Shown: positions 29,502-39,633 of the stretch, in pieces | How positions within the stretch are numbered: position 1 is the stretch's first letter | Layout: each line of letters starts with the position of its first letter | NCBI GenBank assembly: GCA_004332195.1 | Contig: SJBG01000005.1 | Location: forward strand, 37,563-101,562 | Direction: 5' to 3' | From: Desulfobulbaceae bacterium | GTDB taxonomy: Bacteria; Desulfobacterota; Desulfobulbia; Desulfobulbales; Desulfurivibrionaceae | DNA length: 64,000 nt | Made by a program: the position numbers and the translations under genes | The notes under the pieces: model-generated | What the model was told of the DNA's origin: nothing | The model's database searches: none | The model's input: the letters and a program-made list of their open reading frames with translations, nothing else

Positions 29502-30986
29502 GTGGCCAAAACCATCTCCATCGACCCGGTAACCCGCATCGAAGGTCATGCCCGAATTTCACTCTTTCTTGAAGATGATGGAACGGTGTACGATTGCCGC
29601 CTCCATATCGCCCAGCTCCGGGGCTTTGATGCCTTCTGCGTCGGACGTCCGTTGGAGGAAATGCCGGCCCTGACCGCCCGGACTTGCGGGATCTGTCCGG
29701 TGAGCCATCTGCTGGCCTCGGCCAAGGCTTGTGATGAACTACTGGCCGTGCGGATTCCACCGGCAGCTCAACGTCTGCGGCGGCTGCTCAACTATGGTCA
29801 GTTGGTGCAGTCCCATGCCTTGAGTTTTTTTTATCTCTCCGCCCCCGATCTCTTGCTGGGAATGGATTCCGACCCGAAAAAACGTAACATCTTCGGGGTG
29901 GCTCAGCGTTTTCCCGAGGTGGCTCGGGCGGGAGTCGCACTGCGTCGTTTCGGTCAGCAAATCATCGAACGTTTGGCCGGCAAAAGAATTCATCCCACCT
30001 GGGTGGTGCCGGGTGGGGTCAGCCGACCGTTGAGTCGAGAAAATCAACAAGCTATCCTGGCTGAACTGCCGGAGACGTTAAAAGCAGCCCGGAAAAGCCT
30101 ACGACTTTTTCCGGATCTTTTGTCCTGCTTTGCCGATGAAATTGCCAATTTTGCCAACTTTCCCAGCCATTACCTGGCTTTGGGCGGCCCCGCGGGGATG
30201 CTGGAATATTACGACGGCCCTCTGCGGATGATCGATGAGCGGCGGCAAACGGTTTTCAGCGAACCATCGCCCTCCCGCTACGGCGTTCATCTGGGCGAAG
30301 CGGTGGAGCCGGACAGTTACCTGAAGTCCCCCTATTACCGACCATTAGGCCCCAAGGCCGGTTTATATCGCACCGGCCCCCTGGCTCGACTCAACGCGGC
30401 CAGCGCCTGCGGCACCCCCGGGGCCGATGAAGCTCTGATCGCCTTTCGCGCTTTGGCCCCGACGGGCATGGCAGTTCAAAGCTCCTTTTATTACCACTAC
30501 GCCCGGCTGATCGAAATAATTCACAGTCTGGAAAAAATCGGGGAGCTGCTGGCCGATCCCGTGATCTTAGAAAACCGAGTCCGGGCCACGGCCGACGCCA
30601 ACGACCCGGAGGGGGTGGGGATTTGTGAGGCCCCCCGTGGCACCCTAATTCATCACTACCAGATTGATGATCAGGGGCGAATCAGCTCAGTCAACATGAT
30701 CATCGCCACCGGTCACAATAACCTTGCCCTTAACCGCGGCATTCTCCAAGCGGCACGGGCTTTTATTGGCCCGGCAAAGCCTCAAGCCTGGGATCAAACA
30801 ACGACCGCTGAACCTGTAACCGGCAAAATCCAAGGATCAAACCGGGGCGAGAGCGGGCGGCGAAGAACGGGACCGGGACCGCAGGCGCAAATCAGAGAGG
30901 GTCTGCTCAATCGAATCGAGGGCGTGATGCCGCTGGCGGTGGAATTGCGCCGCCGGGAAGACGGAGCATTGATCGGCAATGTTTGA
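29502..30986 (+). CDS. hoxH: HoxH-like group 3 [NiFe]-hydrogenase large subunit lacking the L2 motif (orphan, possibly a pseudogene)
   Basis: IDPVTRIEGHA, RGFD.F..GR, L1 motif RTCGICPVSH, EAPRGTLIHHY, IATGHNN. No DPCxxCxxH before the end: NRIEG runs straight into VMPLAVEL. Confidence 0.85.
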   Translation: MAKTISIDPVTRIEGHARISLFLEDDGTVYDCRLHIAQLRGFDAFCVGRPLEEMPALTARTCGICPVSHLLASAKACDELLAVRIPPAAQRLRRLLNYGQLVQSHALSFFYLSAPDLLLGMDSDPKKRNIFGVAQRFPEVARAGVALRRFGQQIIERLAGKRIHPTWVVPGGVSRPLSRENQQAILAELPETLKAARKSLRLFPDLLSCFADEIANFANFPSHYLALGGPAGMLEYYDGPLRMIDERRQTVFSEPSPSRYGVHLGEAVEPDSYLKSPYYRPLGPKAGLYRTGPLARLNAASACGTPGADEALIAFRALAPTGMAVQSSFYYHYARLIEIIHSLEKIGELLADPVILENRVRATADANDPEGVGICEAPRGTLIHHYQIDDQGRISSVNMIIATGHNNLALNRGILQAARAFIGPAKPQAWDQTTTAEPVTGKIQGSNRGESGRRRTGPGPQAQIREGLLNRIEGVMPLAVELRRREDGALIGNV

Positions 30987-31075
30987 ACTTTCACAAGTTT
31001 AAGAGCCCGGGCGGACTATCACCTTACTTTGAGGTTACGACGGGAGAATAAGGATAAAAAAAGAGGAGAATAAGG

Positions 31076-31408
31076 ATGAAAAAAGAAGAGTACCGCAATC
31101 AAGCGCTGAAGATCTTCCCGCGGGTCTGCGCTAAATGCGGCCGTGAGTTTTCCGGTAAAAAACTACGCGAGCTGACAGTCCATCACAAAGATCACAACTA
31201 CCAAAACAATCCATCTGATGGCAGCAACTGGGAGTTATTGTGTTTGTACTGCCACGACAACGAGCACTCTCGCGCTTTAGAAGCCGCATGGCAGGGCGCG
31301 CAAGATTCAAATGACGAAAAAAAACCAGCGGCTAAGCACACCCCTTTTGCCGACCTGATGAAACTGGTGCGAGGGTCTGACCATCAAGCCGGTGGTTCGA
31401 GAAAATGA
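31076..31408 (+). CDS. yajD: YajD family HNH nuclease
   Basis: YRNQALKIFPRVCAKCGREF...LTVHHKDHN..NNP.DGSNWELLCLYCHDNEHSR. Confidence 0.9.
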   Translation: MKKEEYRNQALKIFPRVCAKCGREFSGKKLRELTVHHKDHNYQNNPSDGSNWELLCLYCHDNEHSRALEAAWQGAQDSNDEKKPAAKHTPFADLMKLVRGSDHQAGGSRK

Positions 31409-31437
31409 AGTTTATCTGGCTTTAGCGCTTGCCGTTC

Positions 31438-31471
31438 AAACACTATTTCCCTAGAAACACTATTTCCCTAG
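31438..31471. repeat. 17-bp direct tandem duplication spanning the mnmE stop codon
   Basis: aaacactatttccctag x2. Confidence 0.9.
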
Positions 31472-33016
31472 GCAAAAACGAGAGAAAATGCTGTCCAGCA
31501 GATCCTCATTACTGGTTTCTCCGATAATTTCATCCAGATGACTCAGCCCATCTTGCAGCTCTATCGCTAACAACTCCGGGGCCAGGTCGGCTGCAAATCC
31601 GGCGGCCAGCCTTTGAATAGCCGCCGACGCTTTGACCAGGGCCGCCGCATGGCGGGCGTTGGGCACGCAGGCATAATCGGGGTCGCAAGCGAGATTGCGG
31701 GCGGGATTGCGGGCAGGGTCATGGGCGGGATCACCAGCAGGATCAGGGGCAGGATTGCCCGTAAAATCGTGGACGGCATCATGGGTGGGTTTAGGGGGTT
31801 CTCCACCGCTGATCGCACGAAAAATGGCATCTTCCAAAGCCCTGAGTCCCCTCCCCGTGCGCGCGGAAACGCCCACCAGGGGGCGACCGGGAAAGTGCGC
31901 GGTCCATTTAGCCAAGGCCTGATCGACCGTGAGAACTTGAACCCCAGTCTCCGCCCCCGGCAAAAGATCGAGCTTGTTGACCACTACCAGCACTTTTTTC
32001 TCGGCGACACCCGCATTCAAGGCCAAATCTTCCGGGGTCACCGGGGCTCCCGCCTCTACCAGCAAGAGGACGAGATCGGCCGCGGCCACCCGATGCCGGG
32101 AACGCTCAACGCCAATCTCCTCCACGGTCTCTGTAGTTTCACGGATGCCGGCAGTGTCGATGAGTCTCAGTGGCATTCCGTGAATATTCAGGCACTCTTC
32201 AATGGTATCCCTGGTGGTGCCGATCATCGCAGTGACAATCGCCCGTTCTTCTCCCAACAGGGCGTTGAGCAAGCTGGACTTGCCCACGTTGGGCCGACCG
32301 TAGATAACCACGTTTGCCCCTTCGCGAAAAATCCGACCGTGGCGGGCGCGCGCCAGGAGTTCAAGCAGGGGACTACCGACTTCCGCGGCCAGCCGTTGAC
32401 CAAGCGCGGCGACGTCAATGATGTCGCCACCATCTTCGGGGAAATCGATGGCCACCTCAATGACCGCCAGCAGCTCCAGCAGAGTCGCACGCACCCAACT
32501 CAGCCGCTGATACAGACCTCCCTGTAATTGACTCAGGGCCAGATTGAGACCCGTACGAGTGCCGGCATTGAAGAGATCGAGCACTGCTTCGGCCCGGGTT
32601 AAATCGATGCGACCATTGAGAAAGGCCCTTTTAGTAAACTCACCCGGCTGGGCAACCCGCAGCCCTTCTTCGGCCAAAATCAGACCGAGAATTTCCCGCA
32701 AAACCACATAGCTCCCATGGCAATGGATTTCAACTACATCTTCACGGGTATAGGTGGCGGGGGCGGCCATGTAAACCGCCATGACTTCATCTAAAGGCAA
32801 CGAAGTGCCGGGATCGACAATCCAGCCGTAACGAAGCCGATGACTGGGCGGGGTATCAGCATCCTCATGACCGCGGCGACCAGCGGGACGAAAGAGACGA
32901 TTCAGTACAGCCGCTGCCTTAAAGCCGCTGATTCGAATAATTCCGATTCCCCCGGCGCCCGGCGCGGTGGCAATGGCGGCAATCGTCGCCTCCTCGAACT
33001 CGGAGTAGGAAGCCAT
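31460..33016 (-). CDS. mnmE: tRNA modification GTPase MnmE
   Basis: IAAIAT..G.GGIGIIRISG, EIHCHG, GEFTKRAFLNGRIDL, GRPNVGKS, DTAG, NKLD, FSRFCLGK. Confidence 0.98.
   Translation of the reverse strand: MASYSEFEEATIAAIATAPGAGGIGIIRISGFKAAAVLNRLFRPAGRRGHEDADTPPSHRLRYGWIVDPGTSLPLDEVMAVYMAAPATYTREDVVEIHCHGSYVVLREILGLILAEEGLRVAQPGEFTKRAFLNGRIDLTRAEAVLDLFNAGTRTGLNLALSQLQGGLYQRLSWVRATLLELLAVIEVAIDFPEDGGDIIDVAALGQRLAAEVGSPLLELLARARHGRIFREGANVVIYGRPNVGKSSLLNALLGEERAIVTAMIGTTRDTIEECLNIHGMPLRLIDTAGIRETTETVEEIGVERSRHRVAAADLVLLLVEAGAPVTPEDLALNAGVAEKKVLVVVNKLDLLPGAETGVQVLTVDQALAKWTAHFPGRPLVGVSARTGRGLRALEDAIFRAISGGEPPKPTHDAVHDFTGNPAPDPAGDPAHDPARNPARNLACDPDYACVPNARHAAALVKASAAIQRLAAGFAADLAPELLAIELQDGLSHLDEIIGETSNEDLLDSIFSRFCLGK
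31679..31762. repeat. Degenerate 12-bp tandem repeat inside mnmE
   Basis: Encodes NPAP-DPAG-DPAH-DPAR-NPAR-NLAC-DPDY as an in-frame insertion after the G domain. Confidence 0.85.
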
Positions 33017-33031
33017 TTTACGGATCGCCTC

Positions 33032-34750
33032 CTAATCTTTTTGGCGATAAATCATGTAGTACTGCTGGGCAATGGTCAAAACGTTATTAACAAACCAGTA
33101 CAAGACCAGGCCTGAGGCAAAACCAAGGAAAAGAAAGGTGAACACCACCGGCAGAAAAAGCATGATTCTGGCCTGCAAAGGGTCGGCGGTGATCGGAGTC
33201 ATCTTCTGTTGCACAAACATACTGGCCCCCATCAGCAGGGTCAGGACCGGAAGGCCCCCCAGCCAGGGAAGGTCAAAACCGATGTAGAGCCGATCCGGGG
33301 CGGAAAGGTCATTGATCCAGAGCATAAATGGGGCATGGCGCAGTTCAACGGACTGAAGCAACACCTTATACAAGGCAAAGAAAACCGGAATCTGCAAAAG
33401 CAACGGCAGACACCCACCCAGGGGGTTAACCTTGTAAGTCTGGTAGAGTTTAAGCATCTCTTGTTGCTGGAGCTGCCGATCATCCTTGAATTTTTCCCGG
33501 AGCTTAACCATCTTGGGCTGGATTTTCTGCATCACTTTCATCGACTTCATCCCTTTGTGGGTCAAGGGCCAGAAGGCAATTTTGATCAGGACGGTAACCA
33601 GGATGATAGCAAGCCCGTAGTTGCCAATCAAGCCATAGAGGAAATTAAGAAAAAGCAGGACAGGACGAGCGAGAAAGTCAAACCAGCCAAAGTCGACTGT
33701 TCGCTCCAGCTCGTGACCCATCTCCCTGAGCAGGGAGAGTTTTTTGGGACCAAAAAAGATCTTATATTCGTAGCGCAAAGCATGGCCAGGCGAGAGATTA
33801 TCCGCCGCTGCGGCCAGAACCGTGGTAACCAAATCATCATGATCGGCAACAAAATGGGCGGTGCTCTGGTGGTCGCCCAAAGGAATGATGCTGGTTAAGA
33901 AGTAGGAGTCGTGATAACCAGCCCACCGCACCGCCCCGGTAAAACTACGACCGGCCCGCCCGGCGGCCAAATCACCGACCTCGATATTGTGAACTTCATT
34001 GTTGAGCAACACCGTGGGCCCGGTAAACAGAAAGTGATCCATCGGATCGCTGATATCGCTAAATGGACGATTGACCAAAGTCAGGTAGGGGGCTCCGCGC
34101 AACGGCACTTCACTGTGATTGCGAACTTCCACCGTCACGTCAATCGAGTAGTCTTGGTCGCGAAAGACGTAGGTTCTGATCAATTCCAGGCCCTGAGGCG
34201 TTAAGACCCGCAGCGTCAAAGTTTGTTCCTGGCCCTCATCAACAAAAATGCTGGTCTGATCAGCCTCAAAATGAAGCATCTCCGCCTGGTCCGGTTCCAC
34301 CCCCCAGGAAAAAAACAACGGCGACCCATCTTGGGCTTCAGCGCGAACCAGTTCCTTACCGGGAGAATACGGATCCACTGTTTCCCGGAACTGATTGAGC
34401 TGGAAGCTTTTGAGTACCCCCCCGGCTTCGGAAATCACCGCGGTATACAGCGAGGTTTGCACCTTTATCTGCCGGACGGCACGGGCCGGATCGAGGAGGG
34501 TGGCGACGTCGACCGGCGCAATTGCTTCTTGCCTGCGTATCTCGGCAGGCTCCGGCAAAGTGGGAACCGGCTGCATCCCCGCTTCCCGCCTGATATCTCG
34601 CCACCCGTCATCAATGGCCGGTTGGGGATCCGGTGGTGGCGGAACAAAGAACAACTGGTGAACCAGCAGGATGACCATTGAAACGGCAATGGCGAGCAGC
34701 ACACGATAATTATTCATAACTAAATACGATTCCTTTTGCTTAAGGCTCAC
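33032..34750 (-). CDS. yidC: Membrane protein insertase YidC
   Basis: N-terminal TM, large periplasmic domain, [40 protein letters not shown]. Confidence 0.98.
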   Translation of the reverse strand: MSLKQKESYLVMNNYRVLLAIAVSMVILLVHQLFFVPPPPDPQPAIDDGWRDIRREAGMQPVPTLPEPAEIRRQEAIAPVDVATLLDPARAVRQIKVQTSLYTAVISEAGGVLKSFQLNQFRETVDPYSPGKELVRAEAQDGSPLFFSWGVEPDQAEMLHFEADQTSIFVDEGQEQTLTLRVLTPQGLELIRTYVFRDQDYSIDVTVEVRNHSEVPLRGAPYLTLVNRPFSDISDPMDHFLFTGPTVLLNNEVHNIEVGDLAAGRAGRSFTGAVRWAGYHDSYFLTSIIPLGDHQSTAHFVADHDDLVTTVLAAAADNLSPGHALRYEYKIFFGPKKLSLLREMGHELERTVDFGWFDFLARPVLLFLNFLYGLIGNYGLAIILVTVLIKIAFWPLTHKGMKSMKVMQKIQPKMVKLREKFKDDRQLQQQEMLKLYQTYKVNPLGGCLPLLLQIPVFFALYKVLLQSVELRHAPFMLWINDLSAPDRLYIGFDLPWLGGLPVLTLLMGASMFVQQKMTPITADPLQARIMLFLPVVFTFLFLGFASGLVLYWFVNNVLTIAQQYYMIYRQKD

Positions 34751-35439
34751 TTAACCGGATCAAAACCACCGGGGCTGAAGGGATGACAGCGCAGAATTCT
34801 TTTGAGCACCATCAAGCCCCCACCCCAAACACCATGGAGCGTGATCGCTTCCAAGGCATACTGGGAACAACTGGGGACAAAACGGCAACTTGGGGGAAGA
34901 AGAGGAGAAATAACCAGTTGGTAAAAACGAACCCCGGCCAGACAAGCGCTGCGGATCATGGCCTGAGATCCGCTAAAAAGTCGACGCACCACCGATCGAA
35001 GTACAAAAAAAGGACCACCATTGACCGCTGAAAGAGGGCCACCCCTGACCGCTGGTGGATCATCAGTCAAGCCCGCCAATGCTAATCGTCCTTGCGTCGG
35101 CCGTCGCAAAGCCGCAGCCACCGCCGACGGGGTGTCGGGAGTAAAACCCTTGCAAACAGTGAAGATCAGCTCCAGGTTCGGATTAATCAAGGGCCGCCGC
35201 AGACGAAAAAATTCACGAATAATTCGTTTGATCCGATTCCGCCGCACCGCCGACTTGATCCCGGATACACTGATGCCAAGCCGTGCCCCATCAACTGAAG
35301 AGGTCAACTGATAAACCAAAGCAAAACCATCCCCTCGCACCCTGCGTCCCTGAGCGTAAATGCGCTGATACTCACCGGATCTCCTAATCAAGGCTGCTTT
35401 GGGCAAACGCAGGCGAACCAATAGTGGCTTGGTTAGCAT
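34747..35439 (-). CDS. rnpA: In-frame fusion of RNase P protein (RnpA) and YidD
   Basis: RnpA: [37 protein letters not shown]. YidD: [23 protein letters not shown]...[16 protein letters not shown]. No stop codon between them; the YidD Met is at 34959. Confidence 0.9.
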   Translation of the reverse strand: MLTKPLLVRLRLPKAALIRRSGEYQRIYAQGRRVRGDGFALVYQLTSSVDGARLGISVSGIKSAVRRNRIKRIIREFFRLRRPLINPNLELIFTVCKGFTPDTPSAVAAALRRPTQGRLALAGLTDDPPAVRGGPLSAVNGGPFFVLRSVVRRLFSGSQAMIRSACLAGVRFYQLVISPLLPPSCRFVPSCSQYALEAITLHGVWGGGLMVLKRILRCHPFSPGGFDPVK

Positions 35440-35445
35440 TGGCCC

Positions 35446-35583
35446 TTAAACCGCCAGACGCTTGCGCCCTTTGGCCCGGCGCCGGCTGATTACGGCCCGA
35501 CCGTTCTTGGTCCTCATTCTAACCCGAAAACCGTGGGTCCGATGTCGCTTGGTGTTACTGGGTTGAAAAGTTCGCTTACTCAT
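35446..35583 (-). CDS. rpmH: 50S ribosomal protein L34 (45 aa, below the ORF-track cutoff)
   Basis: Manual translation: [45 protein letters not shown]. Confidence 0.98.
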   Translation of the reverse strand: MSKRTFQPSNTKRHRTHGFRVRMRTKNGRAVISRRRAKGRKRLAV

Positions 35584-35751
35584 TGCAATTTCCTCGGCTA
35601 AACATTAAAAAAAGTATAAACAAAGCGAGCATAACACGAAAAAGCGATAAACTTCAAGCCCTATCCTATCGCCGGCGCCTTGTCAACGAAGTAAAATCGC
35701 TAAAACCACAAATTCATCGTAACTACTCAGCAACGCCACCGCCTGGCTGAT

Positions 35752-37047
35752 TCAGCGTTCGTCCCCGGATCCGTGATCACTATCAAGCCCAAACATTTTG
35801 CGGAAAATCGACAAGTTTGCCCGCTTTTGCTCAATCGCGCCACTGTTTTTCAAAAACATCAGGGGATAATGAAGTAGCTTGTTGACCAAGGCCGTGCCCA
35901 TCATGGTCACCGCTTTTTTTTCCTCGGGGCTGAGTCCGGGCAAAGCCGCCAGGGTTCGGTTCAGCTCGATATCTCGCAGGACATCGATCCGTCGGCGCAA
36001 TTCGGTAATGGTGGGGGTCAGCTCCATATTCTCCAGCCAGTGGAGAAATTTGATGGTTTCCTCCGCGACAATTAGCTCGGCCCGGTCAGCTTCCCGACGT
36101 CGCTCTCCTTTATTGGCCACCACCACTTGCTGAAGATCGTCGATATCGTAAAGATAAACGTTGTCAAGGTCGTTAAGGTCAGGATCAAGATCACGGGGTA
36201 CCGCGATATCAATGAGAAAAACGGGCCGGTGATAACGCTGGCGCATCACCGGCGTCATTGCCTCCTTACGCAAAATCAGGTCAGGAGACCCGGTTGAGCT
36301 GATCAGGATATCAGCATCAGCCAGGCGCGACGCCAGTTCGCCTAAGACAACGGCCTCACCGTTGAAGCGCCGCGCTAGCGTAACCGCCCGCTCCAGGGTA
36401 CGGTTGGCCACCACTACCTTGGCGACTCCCTGAGCCACAAGATGTTCCGCCGCCAGTTCGGCCATTTCACCAGCCCCGGCCAGGAGCACGGTTTTCCCGG
36501 TCAACTCGCCCAAAATTTTGCGGGCCAACTGGACTGCCGCATAACTGATCGAAACCGCGTTGCCGCCGATACTGGTTTCAGTGCGAATCCGCTTGGCCAC
36601 CGAAAACGATTTGCTCAGCAGGCGATGAAGGATGGCTCCGGTGGCCCTGTGCTCAATCGCCAGACGGTAAGCATCCTTGAGTTGTCCCAGGATCTGCGGT
36701 TCCCCTAAAACCATGGAGTCAAGACTGGCGGCCACTCGAAAAACGTGGTTGATCGCCGCGCTTCCGGTAAACAAGTAGGAGTACTGCGCCGCCTCGGCGC
36801 CACTGAGGCCACTATCGGCAAAGAGCACATCCCGCGCCGCGGCAATGGTGGCATCACCCGCCTTGCCCACCAACAGGACCTCTACCCGGTTGCAGGTGGA
36901 AAGAAAGCAGCACTCATCGCAGCCGACTATCTCTTTGATCTGAACCAGGGGGCTAAGGCAGTCGTCGGCAAAGGCCAGTTTTTCCCTGATTTCCACCGGC
37001 GCCGTCTGGTGATTCACCCCCAGGCAGGCAATTTTCTCAGCCAGCAT
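35752..37047 (-). CDS. hemA: Glutamyl-tRNA reductase
   Basis: GVNHQTAPVEIREK, STCNRVE, SLDSMVLGEPQILGQ, GAGEM, DIAVPRD. Confidence 0.97.
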   Translation of the reverse strand: MLAEKIACLGVNHQTAPVEIREKLAFADDCLSPLVQIKEIVGCDECCFLSTCNRVEVLLVGKAGDATIAAARDVLFADSGLSGAEAAQYSYLFTGSAAINHVFRVAASLDSMVLGEPQILGQLKDAYRLAIEHRATGAILHRLLSKSFSVAKRIRTETSIGGNAVSISYAAVQLARKILGELTGKTVLLAGAGEMAELAAEHLVAQGVAKVVVANRTLERAVTLARRFNGEAVVLGELASRLADADILISSTGSPDLILRKEAMTPVMRQRYHRPVFLIDIAVPRDLDPDLNDLDNVYLYDIDDLQQVVVANKGERRREADRAELIVAEETIKFLHWLENMELTPTITELRRRIDVLRDIELNRTLAALPGLSPEEKKAVTMMGTALVNKLLHYPLMFLKNSGAIEQKRANLSIFRKMFGLDSDHGSGDER

Positions 37048-37852
37048 AGGGATGATCCCCGCCCAGGAAAAAACTTACTCCCCAGAGGGTAAACAACACC
37101 GCACAGAAACCAACGATGGCCATGATCGCCGCTCGCCGCCGCCGCCAACCTACGGTAAAACGCTGATGAATCATCGCCGCGTAAATTAGCCAGGTAATCA
37201 GAGACCAAACCTCTTTGGGATTCCATTGCCAGAAGTCCCCCCAAGCCTGGCGACCCCAGAGGGCGCCACTGATAATCCCCAAAGTAAGCAGCGGAAAACC
37301 GATGGTCAGACAATGCTGATTGAGGTTATCCAGGGCCTCCAGTGAGGGCAGGCGCGCGGAAAAAAAACCCATTCGTTTGCGCTTGATCTCCCGCTCCTGG
37401 AGCAGATACATAATCCCGCCACAAAAAGCCAGGGCGAAAAAGGCGTTGGCCAGCAAGGCCAGCACCCCATGCAACTGCATCCACCAGCTTCGCATGGCTG
37501 GCGCCAGATCCACCACCTGTCCGGGGACCGACAAGGCCACCAGCACCAAGGCCAGGATCAGGGGCAAAACGAAGGCGGCAAAATTTTTAACCTGATAACG
37601 CCAGCGAAAGGCCAGATAGGCCACGGCCAAAGACCAGGCAAAAAAGGACACCGCCTCATGCTGACTGGCCACCGGAGTTTGGCCGTAAACGACAAAACGA
37701 ATCACCAGATAGCTGGTATGCAGCCCCGCCGCCGCCCACAGCAGGGTCCGAGCCATGAGCCGCAAGCGCTGATTAAGGTTAAAAAAACAAACCATGGCGG
37801 TAATGGTAGCCCCCAGATAGAGGACAAAAACCAACAAAAAAAGAAACTCCAT
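37037..37852 (-). CDS. ccsA: Cytochrome c biogenesis protein CcsA-like
   Basis: WWMQLH, GFPLLTLGIISGALW...WQWNPKEVWSLITWLIY (WWD-like), MIHQR. Confidence 0.9.
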   Translation of the reverse strand: MEFLFLLVFVLYLGATITAMVCFFNLNQRLRLMARTLLWAAAGLHTSYLVIRFVVYGQTPVASQHEAVSFFAWSLAVAYLAFRWRYQVKNFAAFVLPLILALVLVALSVPGQVVDLAPAMRSWWMQLHGVLALLANAFFALAFCGGIMYLLQEREIKRKRMGFFSARLPSLEALDNLNQHCLTIGFPLLTLGIISGALWGRQAWGDFWQWNPKEVWSLITWLIYAAMIHQRFTVGWRRRRAAIMAIVGFCAVLFTLWGVSFFLGGDHPYAG

Positions 37853-37856
37853 GATC

Positions 37857-38549
37857 TTATCCTCGGTTTATCAAATCGGCAAAGCGTTGCCGCACATCTT
37901 CCACGCAAGCCAGAGCTTCATCCCCACCAATCACCTCGCGGATATATGCACGAAGCAGATCCCAACGTCCCGCGCTAATCCAGGCCAAGAGATCGCCCTC
38001 CACCAATCGCAGAAAATGGCTCCGATTGGTCCAATGATCGCCGCCCCGGATCAAAATCAGTGGGCGTAATGCGGCCAACAGTTGGGTCAATGCTTCGTAT
38101 TCGACCCCGATTTTTGCCTCCAGATCCCGTCGTATTTTACTGGCCAGGGCTGGACTAGCTCCACCGGTAGAAATCGCGATAGTTAAATCTCCGCGCCGCA
38201 CCACGGCAGGCAGGATAACGTTGCACCACTTAGGCTTGTCAGCCACATTCAACAGCAGGTTGTCTTGTTCCGCCTCGGTGTGGATCATGGCCTGCACCGC
38301 TTCATCATCGGTGGCCGCGATAACCAGAAAAGACCCGACAAGATCGCCTTTGCGGTACTCCCGAGCCAACCAGGTTAAGGCCCCAGCCTGATAGAGACTA
38401 TTTAGCTCAGCAGTCAACCGCTGACTAATCACCCGCACCTCCGCGCGGCAAGCCAGCAAGCTCCCGACCTTACGGTAAGCCACCTCGCCGCCGCCAACCA
38501 CCGTACAGGGTCGATGGGCCAACTGTAAACTGACCGGGAAAAACCCCAT
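37857..38549 (-). CDS. sirC: Precorrin-2 dehydrogenase / sirohydrochlorin ferrochelatase (SirC / CysG N-terminal type)
   Basis: VVGGGEVAYRK, VIAATDD, LNVADKP, AISTGGASPALA. Confidence 0.92.
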   Translation of the reverse strand: MGFFPVSLQLAHRPCTVVGGGEVAYRKVGSLLACRAEVRVISQRLTAELNSLYQAGALTWLAREYRKGDLVGSFLVIAATDDEAVQAMIHTEAEQDNLLLNVADKPKWCNVILPAVVRRGDLTIAISTGGASPALASKIRRDLEAKIGVEYEALTQLLAALRPLILIRGGDHWTNRSHFLRLVEGDLLAWISAGRWDLLRAYIREVIGGDEALACVEDVRQRFADLINRG

Positions 38550-38597
38550 GCTCTACCTCACCCCTTCCAGCGCCTACCGCCGTTACCCCATGAAATT

Positions 38598-39350
38598 TCA
38601 GATCTGATTGATCAGACCTTTGCGCAATAACTCCCGTTCACGGAGCCGAACATGCTGGAGTAAACCCCTTTCTTCCCGAGTATCAAGCAAAAAATGAACG
38701 CCAAAGCACTGGTGTCGGCGTTCATTTTGATCGGTTCGCGCCACCCTGCCCTTCTTGATTTTTACCGGTATTTCCCCATTCTTATCGTCGGGAAAAAACA
38801 GGGTGATATCAGTTAACAGCTCGCCACCGGAAAGTCGCTGATATTTGTTGTCTTCAGCACAGAACAGAGCACCGTTGACGCTAATATTTTCCACTCGCAA
38901 CTGGCTTATTGATTCACCCTTGTGGTAAAATACCGCTCTACTGTTTGGGGGAACCGCGACTCGATAAAAATCTCGACGCTGCAGGCTGATATACCTGCGC
39001 GGCATCGAGGTGATCAGACTATCGACGGTCACCTCGATAAGCTCAACTACAAACTGGTTCCACAGTTGGTTCCGGCTCTTGAAAACAATTTTCAATGATT
39101 GGGATCCCATCTGCAAGGGCCAATCAAGGGGCCGGTCCACAACCAGCCGGTCGGGACCAAACTCGATCAGAACCACTTTACCGGATTCATATCCCTTGGC
39201 TACCACCGTACAAAAAATATGTTGCCGCTGAATGGTCCACAGAGCCTGTTGGATAATTTCGTTGGATCGGGTAGCATGAATCCCGCCACCGAAATCCACC
39301 CAGCCAGCCAGCAGAGCGCGGTCTTCCACGGAAGTGTTCGCAATCGTCAT
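38598..39350 (-). CDS. PilZ-domain c-di-GMP receptor (YcgR-like)
   Basis: QRRDFYR (RxxxR) and NISVNG (D/NxSxxG) motifs. Confidence 0.85.
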   Translation of the reverse strand: MTIANTSVEDRALLAGWVDFGGGIHATRSNEIIQQALWTIQRQHIFCTVVAKGYESGKVVLIEFGPDRLVVDRPLDWPLQMGSQSLKIVFKSRNQLWNQFVVELIEVTVDSLITSMPRRYISLQRRDFYRVAVPPNSRAVFYHKGESISQLRVENISVNGALFCAEDNKYQRLSGGELLTDITLFFPDDKNGEIPVKIKKGRVARTDQNERRHQCFGVHFLLDTREERGLLQHVRLRERELLRKGLINQI

Positions 39351-39392
39351 AAATTTACGATTTAACTGTTGAGCTTAGGGATACTTTTAAGG

Positions 39393-39633
39393 ATGAACGA
39401 CCAACGACCGCTTCTCCCCATCGACACAAGCTGTTTCGGATTGAACCGGACAACCGATGAAATCTCGCTTTAGCGTCCTGGTCAAGCGTTTCGCCCGACC
39501 CGAGCTGCTGGCCGTGCTGATTCCTCGTCTTTTCGAGCGGGAGATCATCTCCGTACTTGACTTTTATACCGCTTTAATGCGAAAGCATCTAAGCGACGAA
39601 GAATATCACCAATTATTTGTGAACGGCCGTTAG
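39393..39633 (+). pseudogene. Small hypothetical gene (79 aa) split by a +1 frameshift
   Basis: MNDQRPLLPIDTSCFGLNRTTDEISL* continues in another frame as SVLVKRFARPELLAVLIPRL...LMRKHLSDEEYHQLF; an extra T at 39469-39471 explains the break. Confidence 0.65.

Noticed and set aside
29306-29539. ORFs 29306-29539 and 41634-41912 sharing GHLEKLLFRPISALCSKNYPRN
   Set aside because: The shared peptide is a translation of the MITE reverse strand, not a gene family.
30900-30986. Selenocysteine read-through explaining the missing hydrogenase L2 motif
   Set aside because: The TGA follows ...LIGNV rather than DP, and no DP-x-xx-C-xx-H appears in any frame nearby; the segment is simply absent.
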